A stretch of DNA of 64,000 bases from Chiloscyllium plagiosum (GCF_004010195.1 NC_057719.1:48038119-48102118); one strand, 5' to 3'; counted from the first letter of the stretch, positions 10,986-24,345 are shown. The notes: generated by a model not told the origin, from the sequence alone. Made by a program: numbers and translations.

Positions 10986-12641
10986 AACAAAAATTTCCAG
11001 CTCGGCGAACAGAAACACAACAACATTTATATTCTGTATCAGTGTTTCTTATTGCTGTGAATTCTTCGTACATTTGAATACTTTTCTGACCCCACCAATG
11101 TTAACTGAAAAGCCAAGGCTCTCCAGTCTTAAATTTAGACTCAATACTCTGGTGCAACCAAGAGCTCTTCTTTGCACCACTTAAACACTGGAATTTCTTG
11201 CATATCTCTGCCACAATAATTAGACATGAGCACTAACAGTTTTGAACATTGGTCTCCAACAACTTTTATTTTGTTTTTATGATTGCATGTTCCCTTTGGA
11301 TGTGTCAATACAGCAATGTAGAACATTTCAATTTACCAAAAACCTTGACAGATTTTAATTTGTGGCTTTTTCCATGTCATGTAAACGTTATTTTAGTAGC
11401 TTGTTTTTTTCTCTATCCTACGTGCAGTGTTTTACACTTAATTACATTAAGTTTTAATCACCTATTATTTCCTTTAAAATTTGTCTGAATTCATTTTGAT
11501 AGGTTGAGATCTGTAATAAGGTGACAAACCACTTGGTTGACTTGTTTGTTACTGTAGCCTTTTGAGAACTTGTAGAGCTGTCCTCTTGTTGGCATCTTGT
11601 TTGAGAGGTGATTTCCTATTTATGAATGCTCGCAAAAAAGCCATTGGGTTAGAAAATACAGTTCCACATGTTCGTCCTCAGCTTTCATTTGTGATTACTA
11701 TGCCTCTCTTGAAAGGTTGTATTCAAACACCAGTCAAGGGCTGGTGGTGTGGAACCAGGTTGTATTCCAGTTGCTGTTCCAGGCTAACTTTTGACATTGT
11801 TTGCTGGTCAAGATCCTAGAGATAACTGATGACACTCCACAAATCCCAGAATGTCAGATTGGCCATCTGAGCATTCTGAACCTTACTCTTGATTACCTTC
11901 AAAAGTTGAGACTTATTGACGACAAATCCTTTTATTGTTTAGAGCCGTAAAGTGCAACTTTGCATAGAGGAATTTTTTTTTTCCCTTTTACCTGCTGTGT
12001 GTTTTGGGTGACTTCATCAATAAGTCTTTATGCTGTCTGACCTGCTTTGCTTTTTCCAGCACCACATTCTATCCATACTCGCTCTCCAGCATCTGCAGTG
12101 CTCCCTTTCTCCTAAACATTTTATGTTGCTAAATTTACAAGCTGTCTTTTATGAAGTTCTGCGCACTAGTGTGTTTAGTTTTTTTTAAATTGTCTTTATA
12201 AAAGAAACTTGATTTGGACTTTTTGTTGAGCCTATTACAATGGAAGTATTAAGACTTGAAAAACAAGTGATTTTATGTTGTGACCTATGGAGTAACCTAG
12301 CAGTATTGTGCACCTGTTTCAGATATGGTTTGAATGTGATGTCATCAAACTAATGTTACAATCTACAAGTGTTTTCCAGTTGAGCAGTGTATTAAACTTG
12401 TTTGTGATCATTTAATTCTAATGATATCAGGTTTCCTCTGCATACATTTTACCTTTCCCATTCCTCTCATTCCTAACAACAAGTTATGAAACAAAATGCA
12501 TGAAATTGGTTTCAAGTAAGAATCTGATGTCTCTGATTTCAGGTTTTGTATATAATTAACTTTCTGATAGTGAACAGTTCTTTGTGTCATCCTTGTCCTA
12601 CCTCACATTTCAAACATTGCTTTTCAATGGGAATTTTGCAG

Positions 12642-12809
12642 ATGAACCGGCTCAAGATGTTCACAGTGCTCTTGTCAAAGAACACGCTGAATCAGTTCAA
12701 ACGGTTACCAAAAAGCAAGAATCAGTGCTTGCATCAATGGAAACTAAACTACATGAAAGTGGACTCTCAAAAAGAAAAACTGCACCAAAAAAACCAAGGG
12801 TAGAACCAG
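12642..12809 (+). CDS. KTN1: KTN1 exon E3 (168 nt)
   Basis: ttttgcag|ATGAACCG ... CCAG|gtcagt; DEPAQDVHSALVKE...KKPRVEP; phase 1-1. Confidence 0.88.
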
Positions 12810-12905
12810 GTCAGTGTTCCTGTATTGAGTATCTCTTCATGTTAAAAAAAAAATGATACTTTCTTTTAAAAAGCATCCATCAATTAAAGAATTCTGTTTT
12901 TGTAG

Positions 12906-13082
12906 TTTCAGCTTCCGTGGAGAATCTCCCATTGAAGTGCACAGTCTACACAGCTTTGGATAATGCTGAGGGTGGTGCTCATGCTGAAAAGAGGGATACT
13001 GTGGTTGATGACAAGAACCAAGTAATCAGTAGTGGTGTGCCGAAACCCATTGCCAAAAAACAGAGGAACGAATATGATACAG
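12906..13082 (+). CDS. KTN1: KTN1 exon E4 (177 nt)
   Basis: ttttgtag| acceptor after a 96-nt intron; VSASVENLPLKCTVYTALDNAE...KKQRNEYDT; ACAG|gtaatc; phase 1-1. Confidence 0.88.
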
Positions 13083-16000
13083 GTAATCTGTTGATGCTTA
13101 CCTGTTGACCAACTAATGATTTCAATCCTTCAGTACAGAATGTGGAATATTTTTGGTTACAACCATTCATACCTTTTTTACATTTAAAAAGTGGCACAGC
13201 ATGTTTGCAATAATTACATTTTAGACTATTTAAATGTTAGACCATGTTGGCCTTAAGGGAGCACTACTTTTCTCCGTGCACAAATTGCAGATCAGCAGCG
13301 TACATATTTACAATCATATGAACGTAACAAAAGATTTAATTAGTTTGTTTAAACCTCCGTTGCATTACTATATTTGTTTGATTTAATATTTTTAAATGAG
13401 AAATGACATGCTAGATAACCCTATTCTTGCTCACTTTTATAGTAATCATCTGACATGACTCTGGCTTTATTTTGAAATTCTCTATCTTACTTCGTGCAAA
13501 TTAAAAAAAAAAAATTACTTGTGGGATGGGGACATTGGCTGGTCAGCATTTTATTCCCTAGGTACCTTTGAGAAGGTATAATGCTGCCGCCTCGAACTGC
13601 TGCAGGTTGATCCACGATGCCCTTAGAGAGGGAATTTGAGGTTTTTGTCCAGCAACAGTGAAGAAATAATGATATATTTCTAAATTAGGATTGTGAATGG
13701 TTTGGAAGGGAACTTGCAGGTGATGGTGTTCCCATTTATCAGCTGCCCTTTCTTTCTATGTAAAAGTGATCATGGGCTTGCATGGTGCTGTCTTAAGGAT
13801 TTTTGGCAAATTTCTGCAGTACACACTGCTTTAGAATGGTGGAGGGAATGGATGCTTGTAGATGTAGTGTCAATCAAGTGGGCTGCTTTGTCTTGAGTAA
13901 TGTCAAGCTTGTGTATTGTTGGAGCTGCACCCATCCAGGTAAGTGGACAGTATTCCATGACACTCCTGATTTGTCTTGTAGGTGGGCTTCAGGGAGTCAG
14001 GAAGTGAGTTATTTGCTGCAGTATTCCTAGCCTCTTGTTTTTGGAGCACTGTGTTTATGTGGTGATCCAGTTGAGTATCGGGTCAAGGATGTTGATACTG
14101 GGGTTTCAGTGATGGTAACACCATTTAAATCCAGGGACAGTGGTTTTTGTTTCTCATTTGTTTGACGTGAATGCTATTTTGCACTTGTCAGGCCAAACTT
14201 GGACATCATCCAGATCTTGTTGCATTTGAGCATTGACTGCTTCAAAATCTGAGTCATCGTGAATGGTGCTGAACGTTGGGCAGCCATCGACAAATGTCCT
14301 GACTTCTGGCCTTTATGGTGGAAGGTCGTTGTGAAAGCAACTGAAGATGTTTGGGCCTAGGACATGACCCTGGGGAATTCCTAGATCTTTGACTGACTGA
14401 CCTCAAACAACTGCAACTGTCTTCTGTGCTGTTCATGATGCTAACCAGCATGCAGTTTGCTGCCTGATACTCATTTGGTTCTAATTTTGTCAGGGATCCT
14501 TAATGCCACACTTGGTTGAAATGTGCCTTGATATCACTCTATCCTCACTCAGGAATTAAGTTCTTTTGTCCACTTTTTGAACCAAGGTTGTAATGAGCTG
14601 AGTGGCCTAAGCAGAACCCAAACTGGGTGTTGCTGAGCAGATGTGCCTTGGTACCACTGTTGGTTACACCTTTCTTCACTTTGCTAATGATGAAAAGTAG
14701 ACTGGGCTGGTAATTGGCCAGGTTGGATTTGTCCTGTTTTTATGTACAATTTTTGACATCATTTAGTAGATACCAGTGTTGTAACTGTATGGGAACAGCT
14801 TGGCTGTGGAAGTGCCAAGTTCTGGAGCATAGGTCTTTAGTACCTTTTACTGGAATCTTGTGATAACTTTTTGACACTATCCATTTGTCTCCACCAATTT
14901 CTTGATTTATTATGTGGAGTGAATCGAATGGCTGAAGGCTGGGGGCTACTAGAAGAGGTCATGATGGATCATCTATTTGGCACTTCTGGCTGAAGATTGC
15001 TTTAAAAGCTTCAGCCTTATCTTCGAATTGATGTGTTCGGCTCTTCCATTATGGAGGATAGTGTTCCTTGTGGATTGAGTTCAGCGAGTTCTTTTATCCA
15101 CTACATTTCACGAATAGATGTGGCAAGACTGCAGAGTTCTGATCTGATCAATTGATTGTGGGGTTTAGCTCCGTCTAACACTTGCTGCTTGGCATGCAAG
15201 TAGTCCTGTTTGGTAGCTTCAAGTTGACACCTTGTTTTCAGATATGTCTCCTGGCATACCCTCCTGCGTTCTCCATTGAACCATAGTTGGTCCCCTGGCT
15301 TGATGGTAGTGGTCATATGGGAGCTATGAGGTTGCAGATTGTGTGAAAGTATAATTCTGCTGTTTGTTGATGGCCCACATTGCCTCAGATATGCAGTCTT
15401 CAGTTGCTGGATCTGTTCAAAGCCTGTCCCGATTAGCGCAATTGTAGTGCCCCACTACATGAATGCTGTTCTCAATGTGAAGGCTGGACTTTGTCTCGAC
15501 ACGGACTATGTGGTGGTCAATCATAACAATACTGTCACAGGCAGACGCATTTGCAACTGACAGATTGATGAGGATGAGGTCAAATATGTTTTGCCCTCTT
15601 ATTGGTTCCCTCGTCACCTGTTGCAGACCAACTCAATCAGTAGGGCTGTTGCCCAGCCACTCTATTGTTGGATGTTGAAAACCCCCACCCAGAGTAGGTT
15701 TTGCATCCTTGCCACCCTCCCGTGCTCCCTCCAAGTGTTGTTCAACATGGAGTACTGATTTGATTAACCAAGGAGAATGATATGTGGTAGTCAACAGAAA
15801 GTTTAACGTGTAGCCATGAGACTGACTGCAGATCCCATTAAATGTTAAGAACTCGCCAGGGTGCCGAGTCTGTTCTGGGACAATGGGACAGGACATATTC
15901 AAGGATGGTGATAGTGGTGTCGGGGGCATTGCTTTTGAGGTATGATTTCGATGAATGTCTATATCAGGTTGCTGCTTGACTAGTTTGAGACAGCTTTCCT

Positions 16001-16369
16001 AATTTTGGCACACACCTCCAGGGTGTGAGGGTGGTGGCAATGGTGTAGGCAGTTTTTGGTCTGGGGTGGGCAGTTAGTGGGTGGCAAGGCCAGTCAGACT
16101 GTGTGTATAAACCCCTGTGCTGAGCTACTGCAATGTAATGTTTATAGTTTTTAACTATGTCTTACGCTACATGAATCACTGTAAGGTAATCCCACTTTCC
16201 TTTTTATTCCCTTTTTTCTGTATCTAAGATTTGTACCTAGGTACTTTGTACCTGAGAGCACCATAAGAGGTGCCGTTGTAAACTTGTACTTCTGTGCTTG
16301 AGTACACATGACAATAAAGGGATATGCTTTTTTGTTTTGAAAAATATTGCTGTGGAAGACTTTGTAGAG

Positions 16370-16591
16370 CTGGAAATGTGTCGCTGGAAAAGCGCAACAG
16401 GTCAGGCAGCATCCAGGGAACAGGAGAATCGACGTTTCGGGCATAAGCCCTTCTTCAGAATTCCTGAAGAAGGGCTTATGCCCGAAACGTCGATTCTCCT
16501 GTTCCCTGGATGCTGCCTGACCTGCTGCGCTTTTCCAGCAACACATTTCCAGCTCTGATCTCCAGCATCTGCAGACCTCACTTTCTCCTCA
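16370..16591 (+). mobile_element. Neptune-type PLE pseudo-LTR with inverted 5' segment (palindrome 16366-16556)
   Basis: 93-bp arms with 2 mismatches and a 5-nt spacer; 14-bp TSD aagactttgtagag at 16356-16369 and 16592-16605; same terminal sequence as the element at 29906. Confidence 0.88.
16457..16497 (+). ncRNA. Minimal hammerhead ribozyme motif; mirror copy on the - strand at about 16425-16465
   Basis: CTGAAGA-a-gggc(ttat)gccc-GAAAC-GTC-gattct. Confidence 0.72.
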
Positions 16592-19399
16592 AAGACTTTG
16601 TAGAGTCAACCAGGCTGTTTCTGCTGGTTTGTTTTCCTGTGCCTAAGTCAGTGCTGGATGGTCTGTCCAGTTTCACGACTTGGTTGAGAATTTGTCATGA
16701 CTGATGCAACAGAGTGGTTTGCTAGGCCATTTCTGATCACAGTTGAGAGTCGACCACATTGCCGTGACTCTGGAGTCACATGTAGGCCAGACCAGATGAT
16801 GACAGATTACCTTCCCTGAAGAATGTTAGTGAGCCAGATGGGGTTTCCCCCATTTATTTCATCTCCTTCAGTACCACCTCAATTCCATTTATTATTTTTT
16901 TATCTAAGTTCAAATGTCACCATCTGATGTGGGAAGATTCAAATTTTGGGTCCCCCTTTTGCATAAAATGCAACATTTTTCCTCACTACCATGCATTTTT
17001 GAGGGGGGGGGGGGATCACTGGACCTGAAACGAAATCTGCACATCCTGCTAGACCTGCTGAGCTTTTCCAGTAATTTTGTTTTTATTTCTGATTTCCAGA
17101 ATCCACAAACTTTTATTTTTAAAATTGATAGTCACCTTTTAGAAAACATTCAAGAGGAAAATGTTTGTTTTAAAAAAAAGTGAATTAGTTTTGTTTGGAG
17201 ATAACTAACTCGCATATTTAAGGATTGATGTATCATGTTCTTGTTTTTATGCACTTCAGGGTTGATGGATAAATAGTCTTTCTGTATGCTTGAGTTGTAG
17301 ATTTTAAACATTTATGTATTGCTAGATGAAATTGTATTTACATGTGGGATTCATGCACAGAAACAAAAGGAATTAAACATGAAACAGAAATATTCTACTT
17401 TATTATTGAAAGGGGCTTCACAGTTAGTAATCATAAATTGTTATTCAATTGAAGTAGTACATTAGGACATATCTTAATTGTTGTAATATCATTGCCGATT
17501 ATTTCCTTCTGAAAGTTTCATGTTATAATGTATTATCATAGGGGCAGTATTTTGCAGGGAGAATCCTGATATTCTTTGTGCCAAGGCTCCCAAGATGAAT
17601 TAACTCGCAGTAATGTTGGTGGCTTTAACTAATGATTCTCCGCTGACATCCCGTGGCTTTTATTTGAACTGCAAGCTGATGTTCTCATTATGGGGATTAT
17701 GTGATTGCATCATTTGACAAATTTATTATTGTCAAATGCCTAAAAGAGGCTGTAATGTGCAAGTCAAATGTATTTAACCAACCTTGTCATAACATGTTAT
17801 GACATTTCTATGGCAGGTAGTACTTGAACTTTGGAACTTCTAGTCTGGAAATGTGGGCATTATTGCTATGGCATCAGTCCCAGGTAGGGCAAGTAAATGT
17901 TGACAAATTAGCGTGGGTTTCCAATTGATGAAGACTGAGATTCAAGGTTTGAAATATTTTTGGGAAGGGCAGTGTGATTCCTTTATTTTTAAATATGTGA
18001 TAGAATATTAAGATTGAAAGTTTGAGAGGATGAAGCAAGTTCAGGGCATGACCTGCCCTACTTGCTTTGTTTTAAATAGCAGACTGCTAGAATCTGATTA
18101 TAGACTGCTGCTGCACCTTTGTCAGATGTGTTGCGGCTGTTGTCCCCAAGCTTTCTCTATCATTTTACTTTACGTAGAAACTGATGATAAGCTGAGTATT
18201 TTTGGTTTGCTATGACTTGCTCTGTGTTTCTAGTGCTTCAACTGTCACTTGAGCCGAGTTGAGCCATTATTGTGTGGTGGCAACATTATCATTGTGTAAA
18301 TTCTAGTATCCCAACAGGTTTGTTTTTGACCTGCTAAGTTTGAAAGGCCAAGTTGTCAGGAAACAAACTGTGTGAAGGACCAAGGAGAAGAGCGGTGGAT
18401 TAAATAAAAGTTGCACACCACTTCAGGTCTTTGCTTTTCATGAGTTTGTGCATTCTTTTGAGTTTCCTAAAATGTGTTCACCTTCTCCAGTAAATGTGAT
18501 TTGATTTAAGACCACTTTTGAAAGCAATGGTGTTATGTGCTCTGAATCTTTTTGTGTGAGCCTGACACCCTCTGAGGTTTTAAAAAAAAAAATCATGTGT
18601 AGATGTGTTGTCAAAGTTTATGCCTCAACCTGAGTGAATGTTGCTTTCACACTTCATGGGCTGAAGAGCTATCTTTGTTTTCAATGAGTCCATTCATAAA
18701 TATCATGTGTTTTTCTCTGGTTTGAGAACTGCTAGTATATCCTACTTGGTTGAGAAATTTGAGTGTGTATGTCAAGAGTTGCTATCTTCTGGAAGGTACA
18801 TTTTAAGTAGTGTTCCCTGTTCATTCACTTTAGGCGTCATCTGTCACATATAGCACTTTTAAGGAAATAACTGATGCAACATCTGAGGTCCTTGGCTTGG
18901 ACTTCAACCGTGTTTGAATTTTATGCAGGCATTGATAACGCCACCTGCTCCACCAGAGAAAAGTGAGGGTTGACTGGAACTGTTTGAGGCAGAGTCCTAA
19001 AATATGGAACACATGACATTTAATATTCCTCTGAAAACCTACTGGGAGGCATCACAATATTGTAATTTACAGCTCTGGAGTTATTGAATGAAAAGTTAAG
19101 ATAAACATTACATTATAAGCTTTACATGCTGTACTAAAAGTGCATGTTTCACTATCTTAATTCACTTGGTTCATTTGGTGCTTGAAATCTGTTTTGAATA
19201 ACTTTTTTAATGCTTGTGACAATGGATAAAATGTATTTTTATAATGAAAGGCTAGAAAGGGAAAGATGTTCTTCACTAATGCCTTTGGACTTCTCTGGAA
19301 ACTGTAATGTTGCCTCAAGTATTAAACTAGTGTTTAAGGAGGCACACCATCTATTAAATTACCTACTTACTGTGATGCCAATTTATATTTCTTTTACAG

Positions 19400-19530
19400 A
19401 AAACACCGATATCAAGTTTAAGGATTTTCTTTCTTCTTTGAAAACCATGACATTCACAGAGGAAGAGGCTATCTATGTGGCTGACATTCTGAAAGAGAAA
19501 GCTAGTGTGCTTCAAGAAATTTGGCAGAAA
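19400..19530 (+). CDS. KTN1: KTN1 exon E5 (131 nt)
   Basis: ttttacag|; ENTDIKFKDFLSSLKTMTFTEEEAIYVADILKEK; AAA|gtaagt; phase 1-0. Confidence 0.95.
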
Positions 19531-20690
19531 GTAAGTGGCATATTCGTTTGTTTAATTGATTTTTAAAATGAATGGAGACTAGGGAGGCTCTTTTGCCAAT
19601 CTTGAGTCATTCATCCAACACCTGAACATTGTAAAGAAATTTTAAAATCCCCTTTTATATGGTGTGTATCTGCTGATGTGTTCACATAGTGTGAGGTAGG
19701 TTTTTCCCATGTTTTCTGAGCCCTGAAGATATCTGCATTGTTTTGAGTAATTGGCTAACCTTGTCATTAGTATATCATACGGTTTGTTGTGGATGTAGTA
19801 ACATAACATTTTTAATGCTACAGATTTACTTTAATTCAGGTCATTGTGGAACGTACAGTTTTCTAGACTATTGTGATATCAGTGTCTGTGCCCACTTTTA
19901 GCCCATCATATTTGTTCTGCCTTAGGTGGAATCCTGATTCCTCCCTGCTGTTCTGGGAAATGCAGTATAGGGTTATATTACTCCCTTTTTTATTGTAAGG
20001 GATTTAACACTAGATGCTTAATTTAAATTCTGGGATATGGTATATGAGAAGTCTCTGAAAGGAATTTTGAATTTCCGACCCTAGGCAAGACTGTTCAGTT
20101 GATCAATATAGTCAAGACTGATGTCAGCAGATTTTTGCCTGACGAAGGGTAACCTGAAACATTTCCAGAGGGTCATTTAATATGTGTAATTAACTTTCAG
20201 GGGAAGTGGTAGATGCAGGTACACAACATTTAAAAGCCAATTGGATAGGTAAATGAATTGTAATGGCTCAGTGGGATGTGGGCCAAATGCAGGCAAGTGG
20301 GACTGGTTTCGTTTGGAAACTTGATTGGCATGGACAAGTTGGTTCTAAACGTCTGTTTCCATGCTGTATAACTCTGACTAAATGAACTACTCCTAGCTTC
20401 TGTTTCCTGTGTCTTTGTGCCATCTGTCCATCAATGTCATCCAGTCTATTTTGAATGAGTCTGGATTACTTCCTTTAATTTTGTTCCTTATTTGAAGTGA
20501 GCCCCTCTCTTAGAAAAGTCTACTTTATGATCAAAGTGTTGGCAGTTATTTCTAAAATTTTAAGTGTCTGACTTTTCTGTTTTTTATTTTCTGTATTAAT
20601 TTAGTATTTGGATAGCACTTTGATTATACATCTGTGTAACAATGGCTTGTACACTCTCCCTTCACAGAAGGTGCAGTTACTGAGTTGGCT

Positions 20691-20926
20691 TCCACTCCAC
20701 CCTCTCCTCCCTGACCTATCGCCTTCATCCCCTCCCCCACTCACCTATTGTACTCTATGCTACTTTCTCCCCACCCCCACCCTCCTCTAGCTTATCTCTC
20801 CACACTTCAGGCTCTCTGCCTTTATTCCTGATGAAGGGCTTTTGCCCGAAACTTCGATTTCGCTGCTCCTTGGATGCTGCCTGAACTGCTGTGCTCTTCC
20901 AGCACCACTAATCCAGAATCTGGTTT
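20691..20926 (+). mobile_element. Neptune-type PLE pseudo-LTR with a mutated hammerhead motif (20828-20855)
   Basis: C-rich tract, then CTGATGA-a-gggc(tttt)gccc-GAAACTTC and the ggatgctgcctga..ttccagcaccac tail shared with 16370-16591. Confidence 0.8.
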
Positions 20927-22579
20927 AACTTGTTTGTCTGCTATTACAAAAGCATTAAAAAGTTGCATGTGTGACATGGCTGTTGAACTTGTTTAAATTG
21001 AGCCTTTCAAGTTCTGTAACACTCGTTCTTGATGTATCTTTCGCGTAGTCCCAATAATATGCCTGAAAATTTAATTTGTGTATCTACTGTTTCAGTATTC
21101 TTAATAGATGCATGTAAAGTTTTAAAACTAATCTATTTTCTTGGTTCCTAATCTCTAATGTATCCTATACAAATTTCTCTTCTGAAGAGTCCATTTAGAT
21201 TTAGTCTCGTCACTTTGCACTGTTCTTTCTGCCAAGTATTTCTTAAGGTCGTGATCAATGTTGAACATTGGTATTGAGTTTGACCTTCTAGAAGTTAAGT
21301 ACACTTAAAACACTTTAATATTTTGGCTGTAAATGAAATCTTATGGGGTTGATTGCTTTCAAAGGAAGTTATCATAAAACTAAAGTTAAAATTTCAATTC
21401 TGCAATTCTTGCTTTAGATTGTTCGTAGAGGAAGTATTTTAACCATTTTAGTCTGGTTTCAATTCTTGTTGAAACTAATACTTGAAGCGGAAGCACTTTT
21501 ACACATTAGAAAAGCCTAGACTTGTACTTGCACATTAGACATGAAAAGTTTGGACAATCCAAATACAGTAAGTAAGATGGCATGGAAACAGGAATCTGCC
21601 ATTCAGCCTGTTGAGCCTGCTATGTCATGGCTTATCTGCTACTGTGCCACTTTCCTGTCCCATCTGCATGTCATCAGGCTATTCGTCTCTAGACACTTAA
21701 CAATTTCAAGACAGAAATTGTTAGTGAATTCCAGCAATTCACTAGTGAAGAAATTCCTCTCAACTCCGTTTTAAATGGCTCATCATTAATCCTGAGATAT
21801 CCACACCAGCCAAGGGAAATATCTTGCCTACATCCACCCTGTCTCCTTTTACATGTGCTGCAAGTAACATCCTGAAAAATATAGTGACATGTTTGACAAA
21901 CATGACTTCCCTTTCATAAATCCATGTTGACTCTGTCTAACCATGTGATAACTGGATATTTCGAAAATAACCAGTTCTAACATGGTCACTGCTACTAACC
22001 TCAAAAGGTCTGTAGTTTTCCATTCTCCCTCTATCTCTGTAAAAGTGGGGTTACATTTGATACTTTAGAGTCTGGAGAGATCTTTCCAGGCATATTGAAT
22101 TTTAAGAGAACCATCAAGGCATCCACTATCTTTATAGCTGCCCTCCTTTGCCATATTGGGATTTAGCTCATTTGGTCCAAATCCGTGTTCAAACAAATTT
22201 AACTTTTCAAGTATATATTTTGTTTTGCTGATGCTAATTTCTTTTGTTTCCCAAGTCCCTTGGTTGGAGATACAGAACTGTCGCTGCTGAAGAGTCCAGA
22301 ATGGAGCTGAAAAAAGCACAGCAGGTCAGTCAGCATCAGAGGATCCTCTGCTGCTTGACCTGTTGTGCTTTTTCCATCCCTAGGTCCCTTTTTGATTGAT
22401 TGATTGTCTGGCATTTCTGAGAAATTTTCTGTATTTTCCCTCCTGAACACTAGCACAAAGTAATAGTTTGAGTTCGCCACCAGTTTTCCACTATGAATTC
22501 TCTGATCTGCACCTGTAATGTCTACACATTTGCTCTAGTTTGTCCTATTTACTTATCTCACAAAGAAGCTTTTACAGAC

Positions 22580-22610
22580 TGCTTTGCTTTGCTTTGCTTT
22601 GCTTTGCTTT
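22580..22610. repeat. (GCTTT)6 microsatellite
   Basis: Seen directly. Confidence 0.9.
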
Positions 22611-22829
22611 CTTGATTGCATTCACATTTTTCTTTCCCTAATCAATTTCTTGGTTCACCTTTTGGCTTGTAATTTACTCCCAATTCTCAGGTTTATAATT
22701 TTTTTTGACATTCTTGGATTCATTCTTTGGTTTAGTGGTATTTCATAAAAATGTTATGAAAGCAATGTTCTATGGATGGTCAATTTGAAATCAAATCAAA
22801 TTACTCAAAATCAAAACCATTTATTTTGG

Positions 22830-23815
22830 GTACAGAACTGGATTGAAGGTAGAATACAGGGTGGAAAAGACTGGAGTCCTGTGACTAGCAATGTGCCACA
22901 AGGATCAATTTTTGGGTCCACTTTCTTTTGTCATTTATATAAATGATTTTAGATGTGAACATAGTGGGTATGGTTAGTAAGTTTGCAGATGACACCAAAA
23001 ACTGGAGGTCGAGTGGACAGCGAAGAAGGTTACCTCCAAACAATAGGGTCTTGATCAGATGGGCCAATGGGCTGAAGAGTGGCACATGCAGTTGAATTTG
23101 GATAAATGTGAGGTGCTGCATTTTGGAAAGGCAAATCTTGGCAGGACTTGATGGTTAAGTCCTAGGGAGTGTTGCTGAATAAAGAGACCTTGGGGTGCAG
23201 GTTCATAATTCCTTGAAAGTCGAGATTCGGGTAGATAGAATAGTGAAGAAGGCATTTGGTATGCTTGCCTTTATTGGTCAGATTATTGAATACAGGAGTT
23301 GGCTGGTCATGATGCAGCTTAATACGCCATTGTTTAGGCCACTTTTGGAATACTGCATTCAGTCCCTGCTATAGAAAGGATGTTGTGAAACTTGAAAGAG
23401 TTCAGAAAAGATATTCAAAAGGGTGTTACCAGGGTTGGATGGTTTGAGCTGCAGTGTCAGAGGTTGACCTTTTTTTAAAAAAGCTTTCATAAAATTGAGA
23501 GGGCATGAATAGAGTGAGTAGACAAGGCCTTTTACCTGTTTTAGGCAAGCCCAAAACTAGAGGACATAAGTTTAGGGTGAAAGGGAAAAGATTTAAAAGG
23601 GACCAAGTGGCAACTTTTTCACTCAGGATGATATGGTTATGGAATGAGCTGCCAGACGAAGTGGTGGAGGCTGGTAGAACTACAATATTTAGAAGGCATC
23701 TGGATGGGGATATGTGCCAAATGTTGGCAAATAGGACTAGATTTACTTAGGATGTCTGGACGGTATGGGTGAGTTGGACTGAAGGGTCCTTTTCTCTGCT
23801 GTATATCTCTGACTC
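22830..23815 (+). mobile_element. CR1-type LINE 3' ~1 kb, decayed
   Basis: RT-like SKFADDTK (agtaagtttgcagatgacacc), KTRGHKFRV...WNELPDEVVEAG, then the 3' tail. Confidence 0.88.
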
Positions 23816-24192
23816 TAAGTGCTCAGCATCTCTGGAATGAGAAACAAAGCCAAAAGCTTTGGTGATAAATTTTGGTCTGATGCAAGGCCAGACCAGCTCG
23901 GTGAAGCATTAACCTAGCTCCCCTGATACTACCTGATCTCAGCATTTACTGCTCCAAATAAATCATACTGGACTCTGCTTTTATTTCCAGGGATACCAGA
24001 CCTGCTGAGTTTGTCCAGTATTTCTGATATTATGTTTAGAGCTATGAAATCCATTTTTGATCTGTTTTGATTAGCTCATTTGATTTACCCAGCCTAGTTT
24101 CACTACCAAATCGCTATCTATTTTGTGCATTATGGTATGGGAGATGTTGCATTCCTCTAAGAGGACTGAAATTTTTTTTTGATCTCTTCCAG

Positions 24193-24315
24193 CCTGGAGT
24201 AAAATGTGATCCAGTTCATGGATTACAACAGCAGTTGCAGGAGCAAGAGAAGTTGCTTCAAGCTTTGCAAGATGAAGTTAATCTTTCAAATGATAAATGC
24301 AAACAGTTGAATCAG
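24193..24315 (+). CDS. KTN1: KTN1 exon E6 (123 nt)
   Basis: ctcttccag|; PGVKCDPVHGLQQQLQEQEKLLQALQDEVNLSNDKCKQLNQ; CAG|gtaaca; phase 0-0. Confidence 0.93.
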
Positions 24316-24345
24316 GTAACATACTTAATCAAATCTAACTATTAT

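Larger units (their letters stand above)
10482..11020 (-). mobile_element. Penelope-like element (Poseidon/Penelope-type): 3' fragment with tandem and inverted pseudo-LTRs; contains an N gap
   Basis: QSSTNSINKHIDLDPIYRPL resembles a PLE GIY-YIG endonuclease C-terminus; 163-bp inverted arms at 10515-10677 and 10862-11024; 15-bp TSD caacatttatattct at 10467-10481 and 11021-11035. Confidence 0.85.
13515..16990 (-). mobile_element. Decayed CR1/L2-group LINE, near full length, interrupted at about 16020-16605
   Basis: ORF2 remnants TREPIRGQNIFDLILINL (end of endonuclease), KPGDQLWFN and MEYCPLTWMGAAPTIHKLDITQDKAAHLI; 3' tail near 13520-13575; putative 5' region at 16700-16990. Confidence 0.8.

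Noticed and set aside
16151..16704. Mirror-image ORFs on both strands (MCCWKSAAGQAASREQENRRFGHKPFF...)
   Set aside because: A by-product of the PLE palindrome. The same peptide recurs at 29906 and 57987; it is repeat sequence, not a gene.
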